64,000 nt of DNA from an uncultured archaeon. GTDB taxonomy: Archaea; Asgardarchaeota; Lokiarchaeia; Sigyniarchaeales; SOKP01. Below, piece after piece: positions 43,710-53,952 of this stretch. The notes below the pieces were generated by a model, which worked only from the letters and a program-made list of their open reading frames with translations, was not told where the DNA came from and made no database searches. The translations under genes and the position numbers were made by a program. The stretch lies in contig CAZALK010000003.1 of the NCBI GenBank assembly GCA_964486045.1, positions 128,001 through 192,000 on the forward strand, written 5' to 3'. The stretch's first letter is position 1, and the number at the start of each line of letters is the position of its first letter.

Positions 43710-45779
43710 TTACGTATTTATCCCTAATTCGTCAAGAATAAAGGCAAATATAAAGGCGATATCTTTGAGATAATCATAGCGTCCGGAGGAAAAACCATGT
43801 CCAGTTCCCATATCCATCTTTAGAAGTAATCTATTTTGATCAGTCTTTAAGGCTCTCAGTTTAGCTATCCATTTCGTGGGTTCCCAAAATTGTACTCTTG
43901 GATCATTCAACCCAGATGTAATTAAGATCGCGGGATAATCTTTAGCTTCAATGTTATCATAAGGTGAATAAGATCTCATATAATCAAAATACACTTTCTC
44001 GTTCGGATTGCCCCATTCATCGTATTCAATAACAGTTAATGGGATCGAGGGGTCTAGCATCGTGTTAATTACATCAACAAAAGGGACTTGAGAGACAACT
44101 GTTTTAAAAAACGTTGTTTTCATGTTTGTCACTGCCCCCATTAGTAATCCTCCTGCGCTCCCTCCCATAATCGTTAAATAGTTGGGAGAAGTGAAATTCT
44201 CTTGGATGAGGTGTTCAGCACATGTAATAAAATCAGTAAAAGTATTTTTCTTATTTAGTAGCTTTCCATTTTCGTACCATGGTCTACCCATTTCACCTCC
44301 TCCACGGATATGCGCAATAGCATGTATGAATCCACGATCTAATAAGCTAAAAATGTTTGAATTAAATCCTGCTTCCATGCTAGCTCCATAAGATCCGTAT
44401 CCATACAATAATAGACAATTTTCTCCATTTTTTACTATCCCTTGTTTATATACAAGGGAGATCGGAATTCTGCTACCATCTAATGCTTGTGCAAACATAC
44501 GTTCAGTTTTATATAGGGATGAGTCGAAATCTCCTAGCACTTCTTCTTGTTTCTTTAAATCACGTTCTTTTGTGTCCATATTGTAATCAAAAACGGATTT
44601 TGGTGTTATAGGAGATGAATAATGGAACCTAAGGATGTTTGAATCGAATTCCGGATTTTTAGGAGTTGATCTATAATTGAATGTATATACATCTTCTGGA
44701 AAATTAATATAATGCTCATCGTTTGTAATTAAATTTCTTATACGTATAGTTTTTAATCCATTTTCTCGTTCATAAATTACTAAATGGTTTTTAAAAGCCT
44801 CTACTTTATCCACTTTGACATCTTTACGATGACCTATAACCTCTTTCCAATTTTTTTTACTTGGTTTCTCTACTAATGTTTCCATCAATCGAAAGTTAGT
44901 CGCCTGATCATTTGTAACAATGTAAAACTTACCGTTATGGTGGGCAATGGAATATTCTATATTTTTCTGACGTGATTGAATAAGGTTAAAACGATCTTCA
45001 GGCTGATCGGAATCTAAATACCATATTTCTGTAGTAATCTTACTTTCTATAGTCATAAACAGAATATTTCTATCTTTTGATTTGGATAAGCTAATATAAT
45101 AGGCATCATCCATTTCATGATAAACCAACAAATCCTCTTCTTGATCAGATCCGAGATCATGTTTGAAAAGCTTGAAGGTTCGCATTTCTTCGTTTAAAAT
45201 AGTATAAAAAATAGTTTTGTTGTCATTAGCCCATTCAACAGAATAATAGGTATTGGTAATCTTTTCTTGAAATAATTCACTCGTAATTAGATTTTTTATC
45301 TTTAGAGAATATTTTTCCGATCCTTCAGTGTCTGTTGAAAACGCCAGGAAGTGGTGATTTGGGCTAACTTTAAAAATGCCAAGTCTAAAATATTTAAATT
45401 TTTCCGCCAGTTGATTAACATCAAGTAAAACTTCCTCTTCTGCAGTCAAATTCCCTTTTTTTCGACAATAAATCCGATATTGTTTTCCTTTTTTAGTGCG
45501 GCTGTAATAAAAGTAATCATCTATTTTTTCTGGTACGTTTAAATCTGTTTCTTTAATTCTGCCTAACATTTCCTTGTACAAATTTTCCTGTAATTCTTCA
45601 GTATGGCTCATCATGGCTTTAGTGTATTTGTTTTCTTCTTCTAGATATTTGATCACATCTGGATTCGATTTTTCTTTAAGCCAATAATAATTATCGAGGA
45701 TCTCTATACCATGAATATTAAGCTTCCTAGGGATAACTTTGGCAACGGGGATTTTTAAATCTGGATTTTTAGATGACAT
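43710..45779 (-). CDS. ptrB: Oligopeptidase B (S9A)
   Basis: DNYYWL, YGYGSYG, HIRGGGEMG, GGSAGG, DPRV, GHG. Confidence 0.95.
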   Translation of the reverse strand: MSSKNPDLKIPVAKVIPRKLNIHGIEILDNYYWLKEKSNPDVIKYLEEENKYTKAMMSHTEELQENLYKEMLGRIKETDLNVPEKIDDYFYYSRTKKGKQYRIYCRKKGNLTAEEEVLLDVNQLAEKFKYFRLGIFKVSPNHHFLAFSTDTEGSEKYSLKIKNLITSELFQEKITNTYYSVEWANDNKTIFYTILNEEMRTFKLFKHDLGSDQEEDLLVYHEMDDAYYISLSKSKDRNILFMTIESKITTEIWYLDSDQPEDRFNLIQSRQKNIEYSIAHHNGKFYIVTNDQATNFRLMETLVEKPSKKNWKEVIGHRKDVKVDKVEAFKNHLVIYERENGLKTIRIRNLITNDEHYINFPEDVYTFNYRSTPKNPEFDSNILRFHYSSPITPKSVFDYNMDTKERDLKKQEEVLGDFDSSLYKTERMFAQALDGSRIPISLVYKQGIVKNGENCLLLYGYGSYGASMEAGFNSNIFSLLDRGFIHAIAHIRGGGEMGRPWYENGKLLNKKNTFTDFITCAEHLIQENFTSPNYLTIMGGSAGGLLMGAVTNMKTTFFKTVVSQVPFVDVINTMLDPSIPLTVIEYDEWGNPNEKVYFDYMRSYSPYDNIEAKDYPAILITSGLNDPRVQFWEPTKWIAKLRALKTDQNRLLLKMDMGTGHGFSSGRYDYLKDIAFIFAFILDELGINT

Positions 45780-45966
45780 TAATTAACCTCATTTTATTTT
45801 TTTAGTTAAGAAAACTTTTTTCAATTTTGCTTTGCGATATTATCAATAAATAGAAGAACAATTTTTTATTTTTTGAAATATTCTTGAATTCAATAAGTCA
45901 ACAGTTAAGCAATCATTTTAATTAACTAATTTTATCACATTTTAAAAAAATCAAAAAAGATCAAAA

Positions 45967-46038
45967 ATGACTCAAAAAATTGTTGAAAAGAGTCCATATT
46001 CTTCTAAAATATGGTTGAAATCATACGATGATCATGTT
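45967..46038 (+). pseudogene. N-terminal stub resembling a long-chain acyl-CoA synthetase
   Basis: Own translation MTQKIVEKSPYSSKIWLKSYDDHV; the W(L)KSY motif is typical of AMP-ligase N-termini. Runs directly into the antisense hydrolase remnant. Confidence 0.45.
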
Positions 46039-46448
46039 ATTAACACTCGAGATGGATGTCTATATGCAATATTTTGGGCAATTATTCCTCCCATTGAAGC
46101 TCCGCAAACGTAAGTTTTTTCAATGCCTAACGCATCGAGAAGTCCGGTAGCAATGTCTGCCATATCGTCTAACAAATAAGGTTCCTCGACTGGTTCGCCC
46201 CGCTGAACCGCCATTATAGCACCCATTAGATCAGGATCACCAGTCTCTTCACATCTAGTTGAGAGTCCAATATCCCTATTGTCAAATATAATTACGAAGA
46301 ACCCGCGTTCTGTAAAGTGATTTATGAATTCTTCTTCCCATTCTATCATTTGAGAACCGAATCCTACAATCAGAAGTAACGGCTAATCTGAGGGATCCCC
46401 GAAAGTCTCATATTCAATCTCAATATTATTCGTTTTGGCTTTGGGTAT
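46032..46448 (-). pseudogene. Alpha/beta hydrolase remnant
   Basis: (I)PKAKTNNIEIEYETFGDPSD*PLLLIVG...FDNRDIGLS...GASMGG. Start codon is ATA, there is an internal TAG, and it is truncated after HPSRV. Confidence 0.8.
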
Positions 46449-46618
46449 TATTCATCAGTAAAAGATATTTTAGTTTATAAATCAAATATTCCACAATTTT
46501 AGAACCTTAATTTTAAATCCAATCGAATAATTGGTGAACCAATTATTCTTAGCATCTCCGGAACCCTAGCAATACTAACTATGTTTGTTTTAAGTGACTA
46601 GAACTTAGTAAAATTAAT

Positions 46619-48073
46619 TTATACACAAACCCAAAAATATACTAAATATTCCGGGGAGTTTAATATTCTTATATCAGATGGAATGTGGATATGATTTTCT
46701 TTGAGAATAAAATCATTATCGCCTTCCTCATACACAAAACCACACCTTCCATAGCTTTCTGTTCCGTTAATGGAATGTACCCAATAGCTTCTCGTTTCTG
46801 CACTTCCAATTGAATCGTACCACTTAAGTTCATATGTCAATAATCCTTGGTCACCCATAGATAAGATAACATCTATAGCAGTTATAACACCATCTTGAAA
46901 GACATCATTTCTAAGGTTGTGTGCAGTCACTGTTATATTATGAAAGAGTAAGCTACTTGACGGGCTTACTATATAAACATCTGGGATAATTATACCTCCA
47001 GAATTTTTCTTTAATCGATTCTGTTCTTGAATGTATGTATTATAAATGTCTTGCATTCCTACTGGCTTTTGGAATAATATGATCATCATTTTTGGTTTAA
47101 AAGGGTAGTGATCAATCCGATACACATTTTGTTCGTTCCAACCACCATCGTAATAAGCATAATACCACCAACTTTGCACTCCATTTAACGAATCAATTAC
47201 ATAAGTGTTAAGATCAGCTCTAAAATGGTATTGCATATGTATTTCACCTATTTTGTCCAGATGGACTAAAATATCGAAAATAGAGAAGTGGCCATTCGTG
47301 AAGATATCAGGTCTTATAGTTTCTATATCTTCGGTGCTAAAATAGAACCTTCCGACTGATTGTATGCTGATACCTCCAGTTTTTGGGTCTTCTGGGCTTA
47401 AGACATTTAAAACCATAGGAACCATTGGAAAAGCAAGTACTAAGATAACGCTTAAAACCATTATAAATCTTCCATATTTTAATTTTGTCCATATTTTGCG
47501 AGTAACTGCAGTAAACCACTTCCAATGTAGAATAAAATGTGTAAATACCAACAAACCAAAAATAAAACCGTTCCAATCATGCAAAAGTGTAATACTATAA
47601 GAATAATGAGGATACAAACCCAATTGAGCTAAAACACCAGGAATTTTAAGAATTCCAGTAATTAGGAGTATTACCAAAGATATTGCAAGCATAACATTAA
47701 GGAATAAGGTTAAAATTCTCTGTCCCCGTTTGCCGAAATGTTTTGGCTTGAAATTTCTGGTTCTTTGGAAGATTTTCTTAATTTTTTGTCCGAACCATTT
47801 CAAATGTAGTAACGTATGGAGTGTGGCAAATATTCCTAAGATTAAACCACTCCAATTGTGAACAATTGAAATGTTAACAAAAACCTCATTAGGGTAAGAA
47901 AAATCACCGTAGACATTTAGAAGTTTTAATATCCCCGTTATAAAAAGTAAACTGAGGATAGAGACTAGTCCAATATCTATTATGTAATAAAAATTTCTTT
48001 TACTGAGTTTAAACTTAGACTTTTCTGGCTTAATTACTTTTACGTCTTTTTTTATAATTATTTGATTAGCCAT
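46619..48073 (-). CDS. Membrane protein with two DUF4405-like (cytochrome b-like His-pair) repeats and a duplicated extracellular domain
   Basis: Repeated ITGILK...H(N/D)W.G...H..LH.KWF; C-terminal halves share (S/A)I.D(I/V)L...Y.(I/V).S(L/I)NG. Confidence 0.7.
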   Translation of the reverse strand: MANQIIIKKDVKVIKPEKSKFKLSKRNFYYIIDIGLVSILSLLFITGILKLLNVYGDFSYPNEVFVNISIVHNWSGLILGIFATLHTLLHLKWFGQKIKKIFQRTRNFKPKHFGKRGQRILTLFLNVMLAISLVILLITGILKIPGVLAQLGLYPHYSYSITLLHDWNGFIFGLLVFTHFILHWKWFTAVTRKIWTKLKYGRFIMVLSVILVLAFPMVPMVLNVLSPEDPKTGGISIQSVGRFYFSTEDIETIRPDIFTNGHFSIFDILVHLDKIGEIHMQYHFRADLNTYVIDSLNGVQSWWYYAYYDGGWNEQNVYRIDHYPFKPKMMIILFQKPVGMQDIYNTYIQEQNRLKKNSGGIIIPDVYIVSPSSSLLFHNITVTAHNLRNDVFQDGVITAIDVILSMGDQGLLTYELKWYDSIGSAETRSYWVHSINGTESYGRCGFVYEEGDNDFILKENHIHIPSDIRILNSPEYLVYFWVCV

Positions 48074-48409
48074 TGTTTCTTTTTTAATCTCTGCATTAAT
48101 ATTGTTTGACTGAGATAAATTTGTATTAATTTTTTAGTATAGGAAATTATGACAAATTAGTTATGGATTATAATTTTAATACTTAATAGTTAGGTTCTTA
48201 ACAGAGAATTGGTTTTACCTTTTTTCACTATTTAAAGGACAGATTGGGAGGATAAGTAACACCCCCCTAATATTATGCACAAGGAATGGTTCTGACCATG
48301 CTATTTTAACCGAAAAATCTTATGGAAAATAAATAAAAAAGCTCTTTAGACTTTTTTCTTTTCCCATTTGTAGAAATGGTTTTTTAGATCAATTATATTA
48401 TAATAAATT

Positions 48410-49642
48410 ATGGCTAAAAAATTTAAAATTCCTTGGGCTACATGGAGAGACCCGAAATTCTTGGAAATCACTTTTCCCGATTCTTGGGAAGTTGCTCTTT
48501 GTAGCATGAACAACGCTCCGGATTTATCAGATAAAGAAATCAAAAAAGGGGTTCTAGATCCTATCGGAACAGCAAAATTATCAGAAATGGCAAAAGGAAA
48601 AGAGAATATTGTCATTGTAGTGGATGATACGACAAGAAACACACCTGTTTCTAGAATTATACCCCATGTTGTTGAAGAGTTGGAAGGAACAGGAATAACT
48701 AGGGAACAAATCACAATATTGACTGCGATTGGGGCTCACAGGCCAATGAATAGGCACGATTGCATTCTTAAATTAGGAAGAGATATTGTCAACACTATTA
48801 ATGTTGAGAATCATCACCCCTATGAAAATTTAACAAATGCTGGAGAATCCAAAATAGGCACACCAATTGATATCAACAAAACGTATTACAATGCAGATCT
48901 GAAAATATCACTAGGTGGTGTAATTCCGCATCCCCTTGCAGGTTTTGGAGGAGGAGCAAAAATCGTGCTTCCGGGGGTCTGTGGAATCCGGACTCTTGAG
49001 TCAAATCATTCTGCCCCGTCCCGCTTAGGATTCAATACGAAAATTGGGGAAGTCAATGAATTGCGAAAAGATATTGAAGATATTGCAGGGATTGTCGGTT
49101 TGGATTATTCTATTAATGTCGTTCTAACAGAAGATGGTGGAATTGCTGGGATTTTTTCAGGTCACTTCATCCAAGCACATCGTAGAGCAGTTGAGTTATG
49201 TCAAAAGGTGTATCTAACAAAGATAAGCCAGTTTGAAAACAATATCTGTTTCTTTAACCTATATCCAGAGGACTCTGAATTAAATCAATCTTCAAAGGGT
49301 TTTAATTTTTTGCGAATGGCTCCTAGAAATCTGTTTTCAGGTAATGATGGAACAATAGTATTGATGTCTTCATCACACGAAGGTCGAGGCTATCACAGTT
49401 TGTTTGCAGAAACAGGAGCCAAATCATTCAGAGATCCAAAGGAGCAGAAAGCCTTTCCATGGCGAATCTTTTTTTTCTCACCAAACATTGGAGAACCTGA
49501 TCTCTATCACTTTTACCATAAAAGCATGAGATTATTCAATGATTGGGACGAATTGATCAAAGAATTAGGTAGAATACACGTTTTGGTAAAGGCGACTATC
49601 ATCCCGACAAGTATTCAAATTCCAGAAGTGCGAAGAGAATAA
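48410..49642 (+). CDS. larA: Lactate racemase LarA-family nickel-pincer enzyme
   Basis: VVDDTTR, AIGAHRPM, PHPLAGFGGGAKIVLPG, NH. Confidence 0.85.
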   Translation: MAKKFKIPWATWRDPKFLEITFPDSWEVALCSMNNAPDLSDKEIKKGVLDPIGTAKLSEMAKGKENIVIVVDDTTRNTPVSRIIPHVVEELEGTGITREQITILTAIGAHRPMNRHDCILKLGRDIVNTINVENHHPYENLTNAGESKIGTPIDINKTYYNADLKISLGGVIPHPLAGFGGGAKIVLPGVCGIRTLESNHSAPSRLGFNTKIGEVNELRKDIEDIAGIVGLDYSINVVLTEDGGIAGIFSGHFIQAHRRAVELCQKVYLTKISQFENNICFFNLYPEDSELNQSSKGFNFLRMAPRNLFSGNDGTIVLMSSSHEGRGYHSLFAETGAKSFRDPKEQKAFPWRIFFFSPNIGEPDLYHFYHKSMRLFNDWDELIKELGRIHVLVKATIIPTSIQIPEVRRE

Positions 49643-49818
49643 AGATTTCAAAAGAATGAAATAAAATTTATTACCTTCTATATCTATTTAATTAGTGAAA
49701 CCTAATGACTAGAGATCTTAAGGCAAATGGTCTTGGAAAGTAGCGGTTTGTAAACTAAGAAAGGGTTAATTTAACTGAAATAAAAAAAAATATTCAAACA
49801 AAAGAGGAGGATAAAAAA

Positions 49819-50001
49819 ATGGGAAAATTTAAGTGTGAGGAATGTGGTTTAGAGCAAGATCTTCCCATGCATTACGGGCAGCCAATGCATCCTGAAAGTG
49901 AACAATTAACTTGCTGGCTGGGACCAGAATGTGGCTCTCAGTCTATTCCAGAACATCATAGTAAACCCATGGTTCTTGTTTTGAAAATATCCGGGTTGTA
50001 G
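49819..50001 (+). CDS. Small metal-binding protein
   Basis: GAGGAGG SD; CEECG...HYGQPM...C...C...HHSKPM. Confidence 0.7.
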   Translation: MGKFKCEECGLEQDLPMHYGQPMHPESEQLTCWLGPECGSQSIPEHHSKPMVLVLKISGL

Positions 50002-50029
50002 GTAAATATTCTTGAATCTGAGGGTAATT

Positions 50030-50425
50030 TTAAAGAAAAAACCTATTGGTGGCAGCTCGTATTTTTTCCCATACCAGCTCTCTCATTTTTTCAATATTAA
50101 ACTTCCCGTTTTTCTCATACTCCTTAATCTTAAATATGTAACAATGATGAAAACACCCCTTAATTATACAACCGTAAAGATCAATCTCCTTTCTCATATC
50201 GAAGGGACATCGTTGTTTAAATTGTTTGCGTTTTTTATCCCTGTTGATAATGTCATTATTACACAATCCGCAATTAGTTTTGTTTATCTTTGGATATTTC
50301 AAGGATTCAGGATAAAAATCTGGTTTATTAATAATTTCGCGAATCTTATATAAGATTTGTAAGTAAGATTTATCTGTAAGGAACCTGATCTTTTTAAATG
50401 TCATTATTGACTTGATTATTCCCAT
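50030..50425 (-). CDS. Hypothetical Cys-containing protein
   Basis: 131-aa ORF with CGLC and CFHHC. Confidence 0.5.
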   Translation of the reverse strand: MGIIKSIMTFKKIRFLTDKSYLQILYKIREIINKPDFYPESLKYPKINKTNCGLCNNDIINRDKKRKQFKQRCPFDMRKEIDLYGCIIKGCFHHCYIFKIKEYEKNGKFNIEKMRELVWEKIRAATNRFFL

Positions 50426-50734
50426 TCATTTTGTCTTTTGGTTATGCAACTTCCCCCCAAAAATGATTTCTGAATTAATTTCATTACGCGTTAATTAGGG
50501 GGTAAAGATAAAAAATCTTCAACATAAATTTATAACTATAGAGTGAGAAAAATTAGTCTTTATGATTTAGGTCGGATTGTTTTCTAATAAAAAGCTAAAA
50601 TCTTAACAAATATGAACAAATAATTCCGACCTTATTTTGTAACTGAAGTTTATATCAATAATCTTTCACTCCCTTCGTGAATAAAGCTCTGTGTTTTTAT
50701 AAGCTACATAATTCAAAAGTTACAATTCAGGGTA

Positions 50735-51772
50735 ATGATTGATAAAGAGGTTTTTATTGCAATAAATGTAGAATTAAATCAAGTCTTTAATATCCGTTAT
50801 AGATTGCCCAAAAACCCGCACAATTTTAGTTGGTTATGTAAATCTTGTAGGAAACCGGTATTCTATAATAATGACTTGAGATGTTTTAAGCATCGAGGAC
50901 AAAAGCCAGAAGGATTTGAACCAGAAACTATTGAGCATAAAATAATGAAAAATTATTGGTACAACACTTTTCCAAAATTCAACGATATAAGAAGTCGTAA
51001 ACTAGAGTATTGGTTCGATGATCAAGTAGCTGATGTATATTTTGAATTACGAGATGGAAAAAGGGTAGCAATAGAGTGTCAGAACTCTCCTATCACAGTA
51101 CAGAATCTGATGAAAAGAACCAAGAAATATACATCAAAAGGTATCTATGTCTTATGGGTTTTCAATGGATTAGGGAGTTGCGTATCCGAAGAGAAATATC
51201 CACGGAATTTGGATAAAGTTCGCGTGTTAAAAGAAGAAAAACGAATCCATAATCTTTATGGAGGCAGAATTTATTACATGAATGTTAAGAAAGATGTTGT
51301 TTATGAAGATCCTTATTCAATCCATTTTTCCCCTTATTTTGAACACGTAGAGCTTGAACATAATATTTTCGGTCGTGATAAATATTATAAAAAAATTCAG
51401 AACGGAGTTATAGGAAGCATTTTCTCATATAAGATATTATGTATTGAGTTTGGGGGATATATGCTAGCGAGATTCATGGATAAAAACGTGAGTATTTCTT
51501 GTACTGAGCAACTTATTATGTATCTCCGTGAGATCTGTCGAAGAAAAATTGATGAAGGAACAATCGATGAGAATTATGAATTTCAAGTCCCTGTGGGATC
51601 TATCATTAGCATGGTAAAAGAGGATTTTGGATACTTTTTGCCTTATTTGATCCTTAAGAAATCGAAGAGAATAAAGAAAGTTAAGTTTGAGAGGTTATTG
51701 GATGAAAGCTATCAAATTCAAGATATATTAACACTTAAAACTTCAGATTATTCTGAAATGTTTTATAGGTAA
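50735..51772 (+). CDS. CoiA-like PD-(D/E)xK nuclease with N-terminal Zn-binding motif
   Basis: CKSC..FKH, ETIEHKIMK, ADVYF...AIECQNS, YVLWVF. Confidence 0.8.
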   Translation: MIDKEVFIAINVELNQVFNIRYRLPKNPHNFSWLCKSCRKPVFYNNDLRCFKHRGQKPEGFEPETIEHKIMKNYWYNTFPKFNDIRSRKLEYWFDDQVADVYFELRDGKRVAIECQNSPITVQNLMKRTKKYTSKGIYVLWVFNGLGSCVSEEKYPRNLDKVRVLKEEKRIHNLYGGRIYYMNVKKDVVYEDPYSIHFSPYFEHVELEHNIFGRDKYYKKIQNGVIGSIFSYKILCIEFGGYMLARFMDKNVSISCTEQLIMYLREICRRKIDEGTIDENYEFQVPVGSIISMVKEDFGYFLPYLILKKSKRIKKVKFERLLDESYQIQDILTLKTSDYSEMFYR

Positions 51773-51776
51773 TTTG

Positions 51777-52382
51777 TCAGAAATTATGTTTACCAATTGG
51801 TTTCCATTTGTTTCTTCGATACAATTCAAATATTATTAAGACTTCATGGACTGCGTCATCATAACTTCTATGTTTTTCAACATATTCTTTATCTGGAAAA
51901 AGGTACTCCCACGTCTCTTCTACGGTAGGCCATTTATACAATGTACCTGGTTTTCTCGGGGGTAATTTGAGAATATCCGTGGCAATAACCATAGGACATG
52001 GTAATTCATTTATCAAAAATCCTCGATCTTTGAGATAATCGAAATCAAATCTTTTATTATAAGCTGTAGCAGGATAGATATTGAATATTCTTTGAAGTTT
52101 TTTCTTAAACACCTCGAGAGGTTTAGCATTTAAAATGTCTTCGTACCTTAAATCAGAATTATTAAAAATCCAAGCATTTCGATGTGTTAGAGAAAAATTG
52201 CTTTCCCGTATTCGTTTATTGAATAATTCACGACAATTTCCAGAATTTAAATCTAATTCACATATACCGATTTCAACTATACAATCTTTCTGATGAGAAA
52301 ACCCTGTAGTTTCAATATCAACCACAGCAATTAACTCTCCTTTTATGAAATCGTCTAACGTTACAGGCATTTTTCTAACCAC
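51777..52382 (-). CDS. DEDDh 3'-5' exonuclease (DnaQ-like)
   Basis: VDIETTG, AYNKRFD, HRSYDD. Confidence 0.88.
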   Translation of the reverse strand: MVRKMPVTLDDFIKGELIAVVDIETTGFSHQKDCIVEIGICELDLNSGNCRELFNKRIRESNFSLTHRNAWIFNNSDLRYEDILNAKPLEVFKKKLQRIFNIYPATAYNKRFDFDYLKDRGFLINELPCPMVIATDILKLPPRKPGTLYKWPTVEETWEYLFPDKEYVEKHRSYDDAVHEVLIIFELYRRNKWKPIGKHNF

Positions 52383-52506
52383 AAGTTTATGATATTTTTA
52401 TTCGTATGTTAAATTTTATTCTATTAATAAAGACTCTACTTTTTTTCTTTTTTATATACCTATTGAAAAATAGTTCTAAACCTAGCAAAAAATTTAGTGA
52501 TATATT

Positions 52507-52653
52507 TTGAAAATTTATTGCCCAATATGTAGTAAAGTTATTGACGAAACGGAATTCATGCAGTATCAGGGATTATGTGTATCGTGTCATGAAAGCGAAC
52601 AAAATTTGATTCAGAAAAATAAAATTCTTAAGAAAGAAAATGCTTTACTTTAG
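52507..52653 (+). CDS. 48-aa zinc-finger microprotein
   Basis: Own translation from TTG: MKIYCPICSKVIDETEFMQYQGLCVSCHESEQNLIQKNKILKKENALL; two CxxC pairs. Confidence 0.65.
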   Translation: MKIYCPICSKVIDETEFMQYQGLCVSCHESEQNLIQKNKILKKENALL

Positions 52654-52696
52654 AATTTTTATTTAAAATTCACAATAACTTAAAACCACTAAGGTA

Positions 52697-52813
52697 GATG
52701 CTCACTACCCAGAGTCCCAATCAGGGACAAACCAATATGAGGGTGAGAAAATTTTTAAGTGTAACAAGTTACACTACCAAAAGACAAAAATCCAGGGGCG
52801 AGTAGTGAACATC
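52697..52813 (-). ncRNA. Candidate structured RNA (or MITE-like element), about 117 nt
   Basis: On the minus strand the ends GATGTTCACTACTCG / TGGGTAGTGAGCATC pair over 15 bp using G-U; internal hairpins AGTGTAAC/GTTACACT and GTCCC/GGGAC. Confidence 0.45.
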
Positions 52814-52927
52814 ATAATTGATTTTTAAATCTTTGTCTATGCATTATATACATTCTCACTATTTAACTACTTGTTTTTAAAAAAACCTGTTCCCATCTTT
52901 TTCCATGAAGCTCTATAAGAGAAAAAC

Positions 52928-53113
52928 TTAAGCACTGTCTAATAGTTTTAGTTTTTTAACCTTGGTAAGATAATCATAGCACAATACTGTGCAATCGGGA
53001 ACCTTACAGAGAAAGTGGTGTTTTGGAAGGTTACAAACGTCAAACAATGGACATTCAACGGAATCGATTTCAGGAACATCAACAAAGTTTAAATCTTCTG
53101 AATCTACACTCAT
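52928..53113 (-). CDS. Small Cys-rich protein
   Basis: CPLFDVC...C...C...C in 61 aa; ATG start. Confidence 0.65.
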   Translation of the reverse strand: MSVDSEDLNFVDVPEIDSVECPLFDVCNLPKHHFLCKVPDCTVLCYDYLTKVKKLKLLDSA

Positions 53114-53325
53114 AATTAGTATCTTATATTAGTGGAGTATTTAAATAAAAAATTAATCGTGTATCCTTTAAAAGCCAAGGGTGTAATGAATTAGTTAGCA
53201 TTCACAAGATTTTTCAAAAGATAAAAATTTTAATGTTTTTTGAGGTTACTAAATCATAAAAATTTGATCTGTAAAATTTAATATTACTAAGAAAAATTCC
53301 AAAAATATGGAGAGAAAATAAAACT

Positions 53326-53532
53326 ATGGTTAACTTAAAAAAACTACCCGAGGAATGCGATATTTGTGGCAGAACTGGACCACTAGAAGAGGAGCTGTGG
53401 TATTGTAAGAAATGTAAAAAATACTACTGCCACGATTGTGCAATAATCTCAGAAGGAGAAGCATCTTATGCTCAGTATACTATAACAACGTATGTTAAAT
53501 GTCCAGAGTTGCACATAATAGGTAAGTATTAG
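53326..53532 (+). CDS. Small zinc-finger protein
   Basis: CDIC, CKKC, CHDC, CPELH; GGAGA SD upstream. Confidence 0.72.
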   Translation: MVNLKKLPEECDICGRTGPLEEELWYCKKCKKYYCHDCAIISEGEASYAQYTITTYVKCPELHIIGKY

Positions 53533-53641
53533 TTTTATTTGAGGTGATAAAAATTAGTGCACCCTCTCGGATTTTTTCTTTATATATCCTTGACTTTTTT
53601 TAGCAATAATACTCAAATAATCAAAATCAAAGTGTAAAAAA

Positions 53642-53890
53642 GTGCCTGATAGATATACCCAAAGTTTTTTTGCCCAATCCACAAGGATAACCACAAGAGA
53701 GAACACTACTAAGATAGAGGCAATGATTAATGGAGAAACTGAAGAAGATGTGCTTCTCAAATTAAATAATGGGGTTGAAAATTGGTTCCCAAAATCGACT
53801 ATAAAATCTCACTATTCTCCTGAAAAAGAAATATCCCAAATCTTCCTCATTGATTCCTGGATACTTGAAAGAAAAAAGATAGCAGAATAA
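53642..53890 (+). CDS. Hypothetical small protein
   Basis: GETEEDVLL...ENWFPKSTI...IDSWIL; resembles small phage-type beta proteins. Confidence 0.55.
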   Translation: MPDRYTQSFFAQSTRITTRENTTKIEAMINGETEEDVLLKLNNGVENWFPKSTIKSHYSPEKEISQIFLIDSWILERKKIAE

Positions 53891-53952
53891 AGGTCCGTTT
53901 TTTAAAATCATATTTTCCCTCCTATTATTTTTTTCCATATTGGAAATAAGTT

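Noticed and set aside
46384-46386. Pyrrolysine read-through of the TAG in the hydrolase
   Set aside because: The gene has also lost its start codon and C-terminal half, so ordinary decay explains it.
50569-50632. 8-bp inverted repeat AGGTCGGA/TCCGACCT with a 48-nt spacer
   Set aside because: Too short to call a MITE or operator without additional copies.
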